Below, one piece after another: positions 19,897 through 30,625 of a stretch of 64,000 bases of DNA; position 1 is the stretch's first letter; the number at the start of each line of letters is the position of its first letter. The position numbers were made by a program, and so were the translations under genes. The DNA comes from an uncultured Commensalibacter sp. (GTDB taxonomy: Bacteria; Pseudomonadota; Alphaproteobacteria; Acetobacterales; Acetobacteraceae). The notes beneath the pieces are model-generated. The model had not been told where the DNA came from. It saw nothing but the letters and a program-made list of their open reading frames with translations, and ran no database searches. The stretch lies in assembly GCA_945266285.1 (NCBI GenBank), contig CALYOP010000004.1, positions 29,615 through 93,614 on the forward strand, in the 5' to 3' direction.

Positions 19897-21108
19897 ATGC
19901 CTGGTAAAAAAGAAAATCCTTTAACAAATGATGAAAAAAGCATCATAAAAGCTTTGTTAAATCAAGGCATGCCAAATCAAGATATTTTACATCTGATCAA
20001 CACAGGAAGAAGATCACCAATCAATAGCGGAAGAATATCCGAAATAAAAAAACTTCCTATAGATCCTAAATCTGATGAAGAGGTTAAAAAATTCATTAAT
20101 AGAAAACGCCTTTTCGACCTAAAAACAGGGCTTCATGATATTGATGATGAACGGCTTGTAAAAGCAAGAGAAGCAATGTTTCTAGCAGTTTATATTTTTA
20201 ATACACCACATATCAAATTTAAAGCCGAAGCCTTTTCAGTTTATGCAAACATAGCATGGACATATCTTATCCATGAATTTTGTAAAAGAAATAATATTCG
20301 CTTTGAGGAATCTGATGACAAAACACTTGCTTTATCGCAATTGATTAACAAACCTGAACTTCACCTATCTAAGGGTATAATAGAAAATCTAAAAGCATTA
20401 AAAAAAATCAGAGATGCCGTAGAACACCGTATAACAGGAACCAGCGATCCTAAGTGGTATGCAATATTCCAAGCATGTTGTCTTAATTTTGAAACTGTAT
20501 TAACCAATTGGTTTGGTCCGAAAGTTTCAATACAACAAAACCTTTCTCTAGCTTTACAATTCGCAAAACTATCAATTAATCAAATAGAAAATATTCAGGA
20601 ATTTAATATTCCTGAAGATATTATCGCACTTGATAAGCGATTAAATCAAAATTTATCGGAAGATCAAGAAAATGATATCGAATATAGATTTCAAGTTATT
20701 TATACATTGAACGCAACAAGTAAAGAAAAAAGTCATATACGATTCGTTAGTCCCGATTCACAGGAAGGAAAAGCGATTCATAATGTTCTTGTTCGTAATA
20801 GAATGGCGGATGATCTATATCCCTATAAACCTAAAGAAGTTTGCAGATTAATATCAGCCCATTTTAATAAGAGATGTTATTTTAAACTTCATAATCACAC
20901 CAAAGCTTATGAAAAATATGAAGTTCGCCCTTCTACAGAAAACGTCAAATCAAAATTAAAAAGCCCAAAAGAAACCAACAAAGATTATTGCATCTATCAT
21001 AAAAGCTATAATGCTTATACTTATAATCAAGCTTGGGTAGATTTTTTAATTAAGGAAATCGAAACAAAAAAACTGGAAGTCAAAAAACCGAAAGTCAAAG
21101 TATTATGA
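19897..21108 (+). CDS. Hypothetical protein: HTH-like N-terminus plus a helical domain with an Rx4H motif (possibly DUF3644/HEPN-like)
   Basis: 403-aa ORF. Residues ~8-52 (LTNDEKSIIKALLNQGMPNQDILHLINTGRRSPINSGRISEI) look like a small HTH. The block KAREAMFLAVYIFNTPHIKFKAEAFSVYANIAWTYLIHEF resembles what I recall of DUF3644. The motif KKIRDAVEHR is R172-x4-H177 (nt 20410-20427). The C-terminal tail is Lys-rich. Confidence 0.7.
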   Translation: MPGKKENPLTNDEKSIIKALLNQGMPNQDILHLINTGRRSPINSGRISEIKKLPIDPKSDEEVKKFINRKRLFDLKTGLHDIDDERLVKAREAMFLAVYIFNTPHIKFKAEAFSVYANIAWTYLIHEFCKRNNIRFEESDDKTLALSQLINKPELHLSKGIIENLKALKKIRDAVEHRITGTSDPKWYAIFQACCLNFETVLTNWFGPKVSIQQNLSLALQFAKLSINQIENIQEFNIPEDIIALDKRLNQNLSEDQENDIEYRFQVIYTLNATSKEKSHIRFVSPDSQEGKAIHNVLVRNRMADDLYPYKPKEVCRLISAHFNKRCYFKLHNHTKAYEKYEVRPSTENVKSKLKSPKETNKDYCIYHKSYNAYTYNQAWVDFLIKEIETKKLEVKKPKVKVL

Positions 21109-21251
21109 TATTCTCGATGTCCATTAATTTCTTTAGAAAGAAATATTTCAAAGCCATTTAAATCTTAATACACATCGACAATATAATTCAAAAAATAATA
21201 CGATAATTTTCCGTATGCTTTAACCAACATTTTAATGAAAAATTATCATTC

Positions 21252-21341
21252 TGGCGGAGAGAGTGGGATTCGAACCCACGGTACACATAAGTGCACAACG
21301 GTTTTCGAGACCGTCCCGTTCGACCACTCCGGCATCTCTCC
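21252..21341 (-). tRNA. tRNA-Ser (anticodon CGA)
   Basis: The reverse complement reads GGAGAGATGCCGGAGTGGTCGAACGGGACGGTCTCGAAAACCGTTGTGCACTTATGTGTACCGTGGGTTCGAATCCCACTCTCTCCGCCA. The anticodon loop is CTCGAAA, there is a long variable arm (class II tRNA), and the CCA is encoded. Confidence 0.93.
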
Positions 21342-21586
21342 AATCACAAAGTGGCTTTCGTATGTGGTTATAAGCAGCCAAAGCCAAACACGCAACAGAT
21401 AGTTTCTATAAAATTGCAAGTTATTTGATTGACTTTTAATCATAAAAATGAAATACAAAGTCGCTTGAAATCTTATTTTAAACCTGTCTCTTGGAATTCT
21501 TATCCCTGAGGCCAATATTAAAAAGGGACTATACAAGCACCTATATTCATAGGTTCTGGTAAGAGTCTGTAAAAAGAGAGTTTATA

Positions 21587-21901
21587 ATGTTCGCAGTTAT
21601 CCGTACCGGTGGGAAACAATACCGTGTAACCCCCAACATGGTTCTGAAAGTTGAAAAGCTGGACGCCGAAGCAGGAAGCACAGTCACCCTTTCCGAAGTT
21701 TTGGCTATTGGTGACGAAGGTAAAAGCACCATTGGGTCACCCCTCGTAGAAGGTGCATCCGTCAAAGCAACTGTCATTGCACAAGATCGTTTGAAGAAAG
21801 TAATCATCTTTAAAAAACGTCGTCGGCAAAACAGCCGCCGCAAAAATGGACATCGTCAACCTGTAACTGTGCTGCGCATCACAGATATTAATCCAGCCTA
21901 A
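21587..21901 (+). CDS. rplU: 50S ribosomal protein L21
   Basis: Starts [14 protein letters not shown]...; 104 aa. Confidence 0.97.
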   Translation: MFAVIRTGGKQYRVTPNMVLKVEKLDAEAGSTVTLSEVLAIGDEGKSTIGSPLVEGASVKATVIAQDRLKKVIIFKKRRRQNSRRKNGHRQPVTVLRITDINPA

Positions 21902-21940
21902 GCATCGTTATAAACTATAAAGATTCACAGGAGATAAAAC

Positions 21941-22210
21941 ATGGCCCATAAAAAAGCGGGTGGTTCATCCAGAAACGGACGCGATACAGAAGGTCGGCGT
22001 CTTGGTGTAAAAAAATTCGGTGGTCAACATGTTGTCCCCGGTAACATTATTATTCGTCAACGTGGCACCAAGGTAAAACCTGGTCGTAACGTCGGCATTG
22101 GACGCGATCATACAATTTTTGCCCTGATTGAAGGCAATGTGCGTTTTGAAAGCCGAAACAAAGGAAACGTCCACGTTTCTGTTGAAGCACTCAGCAGCGC
22201 TGCTGAATAA
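21941..22210 (+). CDS. rpmA: 50S ribosomal protein L27
   Basis: Reads [15 protein letters not shown]...[11 protein letters not shown]; 89 aa. Confidence 0.97.
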   Translation: MAHKKAGGSSRNGRDTEGRRLGVKKFGGQHVVPGNIIIRQRGTKVKPGRNVGIGRDHTIFALIEGNVRFESRNKGNVHVSVEALSSAAE

Positions 22211-22250
22211 ATTTTAATTGCACTTTGTGCAGTTTTATATTCAATTAAAG

Positions 22251-22282
22251 GGTCGATTCTTTTGAATCGACCTTTTTATTTT
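22251..22282 (+). terminator. Rho-independent terminator after rpmA
   Basis: Stem ggtcgatt (22251-22258) pairs with aatcgacc (22265-22272). The loop is cttttg. It is followed by tttttatttt. Confidence 0.75.
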
Positions 22283-22284
22283 AG

Positions 22285-24449
<2,165 letters not shown>

Positions 24450-24528
24450 ATAATGTCTGAACAAAAAAGCACTTCTGTTTTTCTTCAAACAACATAAAAA
24501 GATTTTCATTAAGAAAAACTTTTGGCCT

Positions 24529-25110
24529 CTATTTAGGTGGCCAACGTAAAATAGGTTCCATTTTCTGGCGAACAGGTCGCTCAATAGGTTCTTCCTTAGG
24601 AGGGGGATCATAAAGTTGCTCACCTGCTCTTGCCCTTGGTGATTGAATAGGCTTTATATATGATTGATCGTTTTCATGCCTAACATATTCATCGGATGAT
24701 TGAGAAAAAAAGCGCGGACGGTTTGCTGTCGCTGAGCGATTTGTTTCCGGCATTTCGTATGTATCAACACGATTCTTCGATACCGATATTTGCAAAGAAT
24801 AGTCATCTGAAGGCGAAATTCCTTGTTCACGTCTTTCCATAGGAGAGGGTTTATAATTATCACCACTTTCGGAAGGGCGCATATTTTCCATTCGAATTTC
24901 ATGCCGATTTCGCGCCTCAGGAAAGCGTTTCAATAGAATACGCAATTGCGCCTGTATATCTTCCATTTGTTGATCGAGATAACTAAGCCGTCCCTTTACG
25001 CCAAAGACTGCAAACGGCATTAACAAAAAGCAAATACCAAAAATTACCCCAGTCACTAGAAAGGTCAATTGTAGCCACCAAGGTATCCAGTCCGGTAAAA
25101 ACAAATACAT
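24529..25110 (-). CDS. Hypothetical membrane-anchored protein with coiled-coil and disordered tail
   Basis: 193-aa ORF with one N-terminal TM helix (LQLTFLVTGVIFGICFLLMPFAVF), a short coiled segment, and then a Pro/Ser/Arg/Glu-rich tail. I recognised no family. Confidence 0.55.
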   Translation of the reverse strand: MYLFLPDWIPWWLQLTFLVTGVIFGICFLLMPFAVFGVKGRLSYLDQQMEDIQAQLRILLKRFPEARNRHEIRMENMRPSESGDNYKPSPMERREQGISPSDDYSLQISVSKNRVDTYEMPETNRSATANRPRFFSQSSDEYVRHENDQSYIKPIQSPRARAGEQLYDPPPKEEPIERPVRQKMEPILRWPPK

Positions 25111-25238
25111 TTACTGACCTATGCCATCTTTCTTCTTAATAAAATCATCATTAGGTATATCTAATATTGATAAATGATTTATTAAAGCCAAAACGGTAAA
25201 TAAAGGGGTAATTCTAACATTACACGCTTAGTCTAGCC

Positions 25239-25514
25239 TTACATACCCAAAGCCCGACGATAGATATCAAACAATGTTTCTTGTTCTTCAACTTCGGCTG
25301 GTTCTTTTTTACGGACTTGAATGATGCGACGGATCACCGGCACATCAAATCCAGCTGACTTTGCTTCTGTATAGATATCTTTGATATCATTCGCTAACGC
25401 TTTGCGTTCTTCTTCAAGACGTTCGATCCGTTCAATGATGCTCCGTAATCGATCAACTGCAATACCACCCGTATCGGGTGCTTTTTCCATGTCACTCATA
25501 TTTATTCCATTCAA
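25239..25514 (-). CDS. gapR: GapR-like nucleoid-associated protein (DUF2312/UPF0335)
   Basis: 91-aa ORF. DRLRSIIERIERLEEERKALANDIKDIYTEAKSAGFDVPVIRRIIQVRKK closely parallels Caulobacter GapR as I recall it. Confidence 0.88.
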   Translation of the reverse strand: MNGINMSDMEKAPDTGGIAVDRLRSIIERIERLEEERKALANDIKDIYTEAKSAGFDVPVIRRIIQVRKKEPAEVEEQETLFDIYRRALGM

Positions 25515-25791
25515 TCTAGCAAACGGTCTTATTTTCCTTTAAAGAATAAGGAATTACGCGTCCAACTTTGTCTGGTCAATGACTTATTATTCTTTTATGC
25601 TAAACTTCATAAATTACTATTCTTATTTATCAAGAAATTTTGACCTAAAAAAATAAACATTTATCTCTGGATGATTCCTAATGGAAGGATTACATATTTC
25701 AATAGTCTGTTTCACAACAATTCAATAATTAACTATAAATTTTCATCCAGACCACTTAAAATCATAATGATTTGGAAGGTTATAACTTTAT

Positions 25792-27264
25792 ATGAAACAA
25801 GGTCAAACCCATTCGTCCTTTGATTTTATTATCTTTGGCGCTACTGGCGATCTGACAAAGCGCAAACTTTTACCTGCCCTTTTTTATCGCTATCTCGATC
25901 AGGAAATACCCAGTAAAACACGTATTATTGGAGCTGCTCGTTCGCAATTAAGTAACGAAGAATTTCGTGCACAAGCTCGAGACGGATTAAACCAATTCGT
26001 TCAAGAACCTGATCGTAATCCCGAGAAAATTGAAGCCTTCCTTCAACAAATATTTTATATTAGTTTAAACGGAGCAGAGGCTGAAAGTAATTGGCCTGCT
26101 TTGCTCAATTTGCTTTCCTCTGATCCTCAAAACGATATCCGTATTTTTTATCTCGCAACCTCTCCCAAACTTTATGGTGCCATTTGTGACAATCTTTCCA
26201 ATGAAGGGCTGATAACAGAAAATTCTCGTGTTGTTTTGGAAAAACCAATTGGAACTTCTTTGGCAACGGCTCAAGATATTAATAATAGTGTTGGCAAACA
26301 TTTCCCTGAAAATCATATCTTTCGGATAGACCATTATCTGGGAAAAGAAACAGTACAAAATATTATTGCACTTCGCTTTGCCAATCCTGTTTTTGAACGG
26401 TTATGGAATTCGGATGTTATTGATTATGTTCAAATTACCGCAGCAGAAACAGTAGGTATCGGTAATCGTGGTGGTTATTACGATGGTGCCGGTGCTTTGC
26501 GCGATATGGTTCAAAACCATTTACTGCAAGTTTTATGCATGGTTGCTATGGATCCACCTATTTCGCTGGAAGCGGACGATCTTCGAAACGAGAAGCTTAA
26601 AATTCTACGTTCATTAAGCCCAATGTCTGAAGAAGATATTCGTCTTAATACCGTCCGAGGTCAATATGATGCGGGTATGGAAGGAAATAAACCGGTTTCC
26701 AGTTACCTAGAAGACCTCAAAAAAGAGAATAGCAATACGGAAACCTATGTTGCCATCTGTGCGCATGTAAATACATCCCGTTGGAGCAGCGTTCCCTTCT
26801 ATTTAAGAACGGGTAAGCGCATGGCCGAAAAAACCAGCGAAGTGGTTATTCAGTTTAAACGTTCAGCTTGGTCTTTGTTCCCAACGATGCCGGAACCTAA
26901 CCGTTTGCATATCCGTATCCAACCTGATGAAGGAGTTTCGCTTTCCTTGCAGGTCAAAGACCCCAGTAAATCACACGATAGTTTACGCAGTACTTTTATT
27001 GATATTGATTTTTCACCTGCGTTTCATATTCGTTATCCTGATGCTTATGAAGGTCTATTAATGGATGTTGTAGAAGGCGATCCATTACTCTTTATTCGTA
27101 ATGACGAAGTAGAAGCTGCATGGCGCTGGGTTGAACCAATTCTTAAAGGATGGAGTAAAGGTTTAGTTCCTTTATCCCATTATAAATCTGGAAGTTGGGG
27201 ACCGAATGAAGCAAATAAATTATTAGCTAAAAATGGCCATTTATGGCACGAGGTAATGCCCTGA
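25792..27264 (+). CDS. zwf: Glucose-6-phosphate 1-dehydrogenase
   Basis: 490-aa ORF. It has the N-terminus FIIFGATGDLTKRKLLPAL and the active-site motif RIDHYLGKE. Confidence 0.97.
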   Translation: MKQGQTHSSFDFIIFGATGDLTKRKLLPALFYRYLDQEIPSKTRIIGAARSQLSNEEFRAQARDGLNQFVQEPDRNPEKIEAFLQQIFYISLNGAEAESNWPALLNLLSSDPQNDIRIFYLATSPKLYGAICDNLSNEGLITENSRVVLEKPIGTSLATAQDINNSVGKHFPENHIFRIDHYLGKETVQNIIALRFANPVFERLWNSDVIDYVQITAAETVGIGNRGGYYDGAGALRDMVQNHLLQVLCMVAMDPPISLEADDLRNEKLKILRSLSPMSEEDIRLNTVRGQYDAGMEGNKPVSSYLEDLKKENSNTETYVAICAHVNTSRWSSVPFYLRTGKRMAEKTSEVVIQFKRSAWSLFPTMPEPNRLHIRIQPDEGVSLSLQVKDPSKSHDSLRSTFIDIDFSPAFHIRYPDAYEGLLMDVVEGDPLLFIRNDEVEAAWRWVEPILKGWSKGLVPLSHYKSGSWGPNEANKLLAKNGHLWHEVMP

Positions 27265-27740
27265 ACTTGTCTGACTCACCATCATCTAAACAACAATCGC
27301 CTTTGCCTCCTGAAAAGGTAACAAAGGCGAGGCGGAATCCGGTTTCTATAAAACGTAGAATTATTCAACGTGTTTGTGTTGCCTTAATTCTGTCTTTTGG
27401 TGTCTTGCTATCCTATTATATGGGATGGCTAGACGCAGTTATTGATCAAAGCATTCGACAAAAGATTAACTGGTTTGATGATACCAAAATGGTCGAATAT
27501 CTGCGAAACCGAACCATTAATGATAAAATAGTTACGACACGTCCTTCGTGTCTTGTTTTTATCGTGAATGGAAACGCACCTCCAGAGGCAACAGACGTTC
27601 AAGTTAGAGAAAAACATAATAAAGAATGCTCGGATACATCAAATGATTTTCCGCTACTTTTTACCTTTCGGGTTAACCGCGTTAATGGCACAATACAAAT
27701 CGACAGGAATTCTTCAAATCATTTCTATCCTTTTCAGTAG
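27243..27740 (+). CDS. Hypothetical membrane-anchored protein
   Basis: 165-aa ORF overlapping the zwf end by 22 nt, with one TM helix (VCVALILSFGVLLSYYMGW). I recognised no motif. Whether it is coding is uncertain. Confidence 0.4.
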   Translation: MARGNALNLSDSPSSKQQSPLPPEKVTKARRNPVSIKRRIIQRVCVALILSFGVLLSYYMGWLDAVIDQSIRQKINWFDDTKMVEYLRNRTINDKIVTTRPSCLVFIVNGNAPPEATDVQVREKHNKECSDTSNDFPLLFTFRVNRVNGTIQIDRNSSNHFYPFQ

Positions 27741-27770
27741 TATGAACAATCTCTATCAAAGAAAAGCATA

Positions 27771-28397
27771 ATGACGGATATTCCCTCTGATAATACCTCT
27801 CCAGAATCAAAAAATAGACGGGACTTTCTGACACTACTTACCGCTAGTACTGTAACCGTTGGCGGTGTAGCGTTAGTATGGCCGTTTCTTAATAGTCTTT
27901 CACCTCCAGCTAAAAATGTAGCTACGCAACGTTTTATTGATGTTGATATTTCACCCCTTGCAGAAGGGCAGCAAATTTCAGTAGTTTGGCAAAATAAGCC
28001 AATTTTTATTATTAAACGTTCATCCGATGCGCTTAAGAAATTGCAAGATCCAGATTTATTAATTCTTTTAAGAGATCCCGAAAGCAAAGAGCATCAACAA
28101 CCTGCTTATGCAACGAATTGGCACCGTTCTATAAAACCTGAAATTGGTGTTTTCATTGGTATTTGCACGCATCTTGGTTGCGTTCCAATATTAACAGCGG
28201 GAAATATACTTGGGAAAAATTACCATTGCGCTTGTCATGGTTCGACTTTTGATTTGTCAGGCCGCGTTTATCAAAGCGTCCCTGCCCCTTATAACCTTCC
28301 TGTTCCGCCCTATGATTTCATTAAACCAAATATTATCCGCATTGGGAAAAACCCTGATGGGCATTCTTTTGGGTTGGAAGATATTACCCAATTATAA
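27771..28397 (+). CDS. petA: Ubiquinol-cytochrome c reductase iron-sulfur (Rieske) subunit
   Basis: 208-aa ORF. It has a Tat-like N-terminus RRDFLTLLTAS, Rieske box I CTHLGC, box II CACHGS, and a C-terminus APYNLPVPPYDF typical of bc1 Rieske proteins. Confidence 0.9.
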   Translation: MTDIPSDNTSPESKNRRDFLTLLTASTVTVGGVALVWPFLNSLSPPAKNVATQRFIDVDISPLAEGQQISVVWQNKPIFIIKRSSDALKKLQDPDLLILLRDPESKEHQQPAYATNWHRSIKPEIGVFIGICTHLGCVPILTAGNILGKNYHCACHGSTFDLSGRVYQSVPAPYNLPVPPYDFIKPNIIRIGKNPDGHSFGLEDITQL

Positions 28398-28408
28398 ATT
28401 TGTGGATA

Positions 28409-29362
28409 CTATTGAAAATATTTTTTGATTATCTTTCCAGCAAAACGTATGGAATCCTTTGCTTTTGGCATAAAGGAATAGAAATTTAAAAAAGCATGGA
28501 TCGTACCACGATAACATCGGTAAATAACTGACACCCCTGCACTTTTTAATTTCTGCGCATACTCATATCCTTCATCCCGCAAAGGATCACAATCCGCCGT
28601 AATAATGATAGCAGGTGGTAAGGAATCAAAAGAAGAATATAGAATTGGCGCCAAACGCGGATCATTATAGTCTTCTTCTTTTGTAAGGTACTGACTAGCA
28701 TACCAACGCAACACATCTTCTGTAAGCATATACCCATATGCATATTGTTTATGCGAAGGAACGAAGCGGCCTCCATGGGTTGAAGGGTAATATAGCAATT
28801 GTAAATCAATTTTCGGATAAGCTTTTTCTTTAGCCAAATGAGTCATTACTGCGGCTAAATTACCCCCCGCACTATCACCCGCAACAACCAATTTTCCCCA
28901 TTTTGGTTTTGCATAATCCGCCCATTGCTTTAATCCGGCCCAACAATCTTCAACAGCAGAAGGAAAAGGATGTTCTGGGGCAAGACGATAATCAAAGGAT
29001 ACCACCACACAACCTGATGCTTGGGCAAGGCGACAGCAAATTCCATGATGTGAATCCAAACCGCAATGAACAAATCCTCCTCCATGTATAAAAAATATAC
29101 TGCCTATAATGGGCGATTTTGGAATGAAAATACGAGCAGGTCTTTTACCACATGCTCCATTCAAATTTGTATTTACTACTTTTGCTATGGGAAATTCTGA
29201 AAGGAATTTAGGAAAACACGGACGATTGGTATTTTGCCGCAATTTTCTAAGCCAATCTTCATAGGATAATGGCAATGTCTCAGAATTCGATTTGCAAACA
29301 AAAAGTTTCGTCTGGATATTGATTAGCTTTAAAAATAAAAAACTTCTTAGATCAAGAACCAT
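28409..29362 (-). CDS. Alpha/beta hydrolase (hormone-sensitive-lipase-type esterase)
   Basis: 317-aa ORF with the oxyanion motif HGGGF and the nucleophile elbow GDSAGG. Confidence 0.88.
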   Translation of the reverse strand: MVLDLRSFLFLKLINIQTKLFVCKSNSETLPLSYEDWLRKLRQNTNRPCFPKFLSEFPIAKVVNTNLNGACGKRPARIFIPKSPIIGSIFFIHGGGFVHCGLDSHHGICCRLAQASGCVVVSFDYRLAPEHPFPSAVEDCWAGLKQWADYAKPKWGKLVVAGDSAGGNLAAVMTHLAKEKAYPKIDLQLLYYPSTHGGRFVPSHKQYAYGYMLTEDVLRWYASQYLTKEEDYNDPRLAPILYSSFDSLPPAIIITADCDPLRDEGYEYAQKLKSAGVSVIYRCYRGTIHAFLNFYSFMPKAKDSIRFAGKIIKKYFQ

Positions 29363-29461
29363 GATTGGTAATTCTTTTTATTATAATATTCTAGATACAT
29401 TATTATCGTATTTTTAGATTTCTAACTTGACGTTTTTTAAGATACACGGCAGTTTCCTTTT

Positions 29462-29870
29462 ACCAGATAGTTGGATGATCGCTGTTTCGCTCGACGAAAT
29501 AGAGGAAAGTCCGGGCTCCACGGAAAAACGGTGTCGGTTAACGGCCGACGAAGGCGACTTTAGGGAAAGTGCCACAGAAAACAAACCGCTTGCCGGCTAA
29601 ATCAAAAGATTTTAGTGCAAGTAAGGGCGAAACGGTGCGGTAAGAGCGCACCGCGTTTCTGGTAACAGAAATGGCAGGGTAAACCCCACCGGGAGCAAAA
29701 CCTAATAGGGATGACTGACTTTATAAAAAAAGTCAGGGGTTTTCCGCCCCGTCATCCGGGTTGGTTGCGTGAGGCAAGATGTGAATCTTGTCCAAGACGA
29801 ATGATCATCACTAATTTGTTGTTTAAGTAATAACAAATTGGAACAGAACCCGGCTTACAGGCTATCTGGT
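29462..29870 (+). ncRNA. rnpB: RNase P RNA, bacterial type A
   Basis: Conserved blocks present: GAGGAAAGTCCGGGCTCC, GGGAAAGTGCCACAG, GGTGCGGTAAGAGCGCACC, GGTAAACCCCAC and ACAGAACCCGGCTTA. The P1 stem pairs accagatag (29462-29470) with ctatctggt (29862-29870). A T-run follows. Confidence 0.93.
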
Positions 29871-30047
29871 TTTTATTTTCCTTCTAAATTCTTTTCAGCA
29901 AAGAATAATTTTCTAATTTAGATCAATTATAAAAATGTTCAAATGAACAATTTGATTGTTTCTATTATGAACATTTTAATCACATATGATAACTTTCTCT
30001 TAAAACTCACTGAAAATATAAGAAAAATTTCATTCTATGATTTGACC

Positions 30048-30073
30048 ACCCATATTATCCCATGTTATCCCAT
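30048..30073 (-). promoter_or_regulatory. Putative MraZ operator: three TGGGN repeats at 10-bp period
   Basis: The + strand reads aCCCAtatta tCCCAtgtta tCCCAt (30048-30073). On the bottom strand this is TGGGA-taaca-TGGGA-taata-TGGGT, about 73 nt upstream of the mraZ ATG. It matches the E. coli MraZ site architecture as I recall it (three TGGGN repeats with 5-nt spacers). Confidence 0.55.
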
Positions 30074-30145
30074 AAATATAATAAGCATTTATTGTTTGTT
30101 TTATATTCTGGTTTTTAAATTTTATTTATGAGGCCGAAAGCTATC

Positions 30146-30625
30146 ATGAGCTTATTCCTTGGCACCCATCAAAATCGCCTTGATGCTAAAGGAAGAATAT
30201 CGATCCCTGCCAGCTTTCGTTCCACATTACGGAAATACCAAAAAGGCGGGGAAGATGCTTTCGTGATTTTGCGCCCATCTCATAAATTACCTTGTATCGA
30301 AGGATGGCCACCTGCAATCTTTGCAGCACTTGCCGAACCTTTAGAAGAAATAGCTTTATTTTCCGAAGAGCATGATGATCTTGCTACTGCGCTTTATGCA
30401 GATGCCTGGCCCGTTGAACCCGATCGTGAAGGGCGGATTATTTTACCTGAACGGTTGCGGGAATATGCAAATTTGTCTGAATCCGTCATTTTTATGGGGT
30501 TAGGTAAAATTTTTCAAATCTGGGAACCAGAAGCTGCAAGTAATCGTCAACAAACTGCGCGTTTAAATGTAAAGAAAACAACATTACCGAATCACACTTT
30601 AAAAACTGAAAGGAAAGACCCATGA
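30146..30625 (+). CDS. mraZ: Transcriptional regulator MraZ
   Basis: Starts MSLFLGTHQNRLDAKGRISIPASFR..., with a second SpoVT/AbrB-like repeat EGRIILPERLR. I preferred the ATG at 30146 over the ORF-track start at 30128. Confidence 0.92.
   Translation: MSLFLGTHQNRLDAKGRISIPASFRSTLRKYQKGGEDAFVILRPSHKLPCIEGWPPAIFAALAEPLEEIALFSEEHDDLATALYADAWPVEPDREGRIILPERLREYANLSESVIFMGLGKIFQIWEPEAASNRQQTARLNVKKTTLPNHTLKTERKDP

Noticed and set aside
17500-21251. Searched for a direct repeat of the tRNA-Ser 3' end (att site) and an integrase, to define a genomic island
   Set aside because: I saw no copy of gggattcgaaccc-type sequence and no integrase or recombinase ORF. I therefore describe the region only as a low-GC islet.
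21246-21843. ORFs of 96 aa (21246-21536, -) and 98 aa (21547-21843, -)
   Set aside because: The first runs through tRNA-Ser and its flank. The second is antisense to rplU. Both are artefacts of ORF calling.
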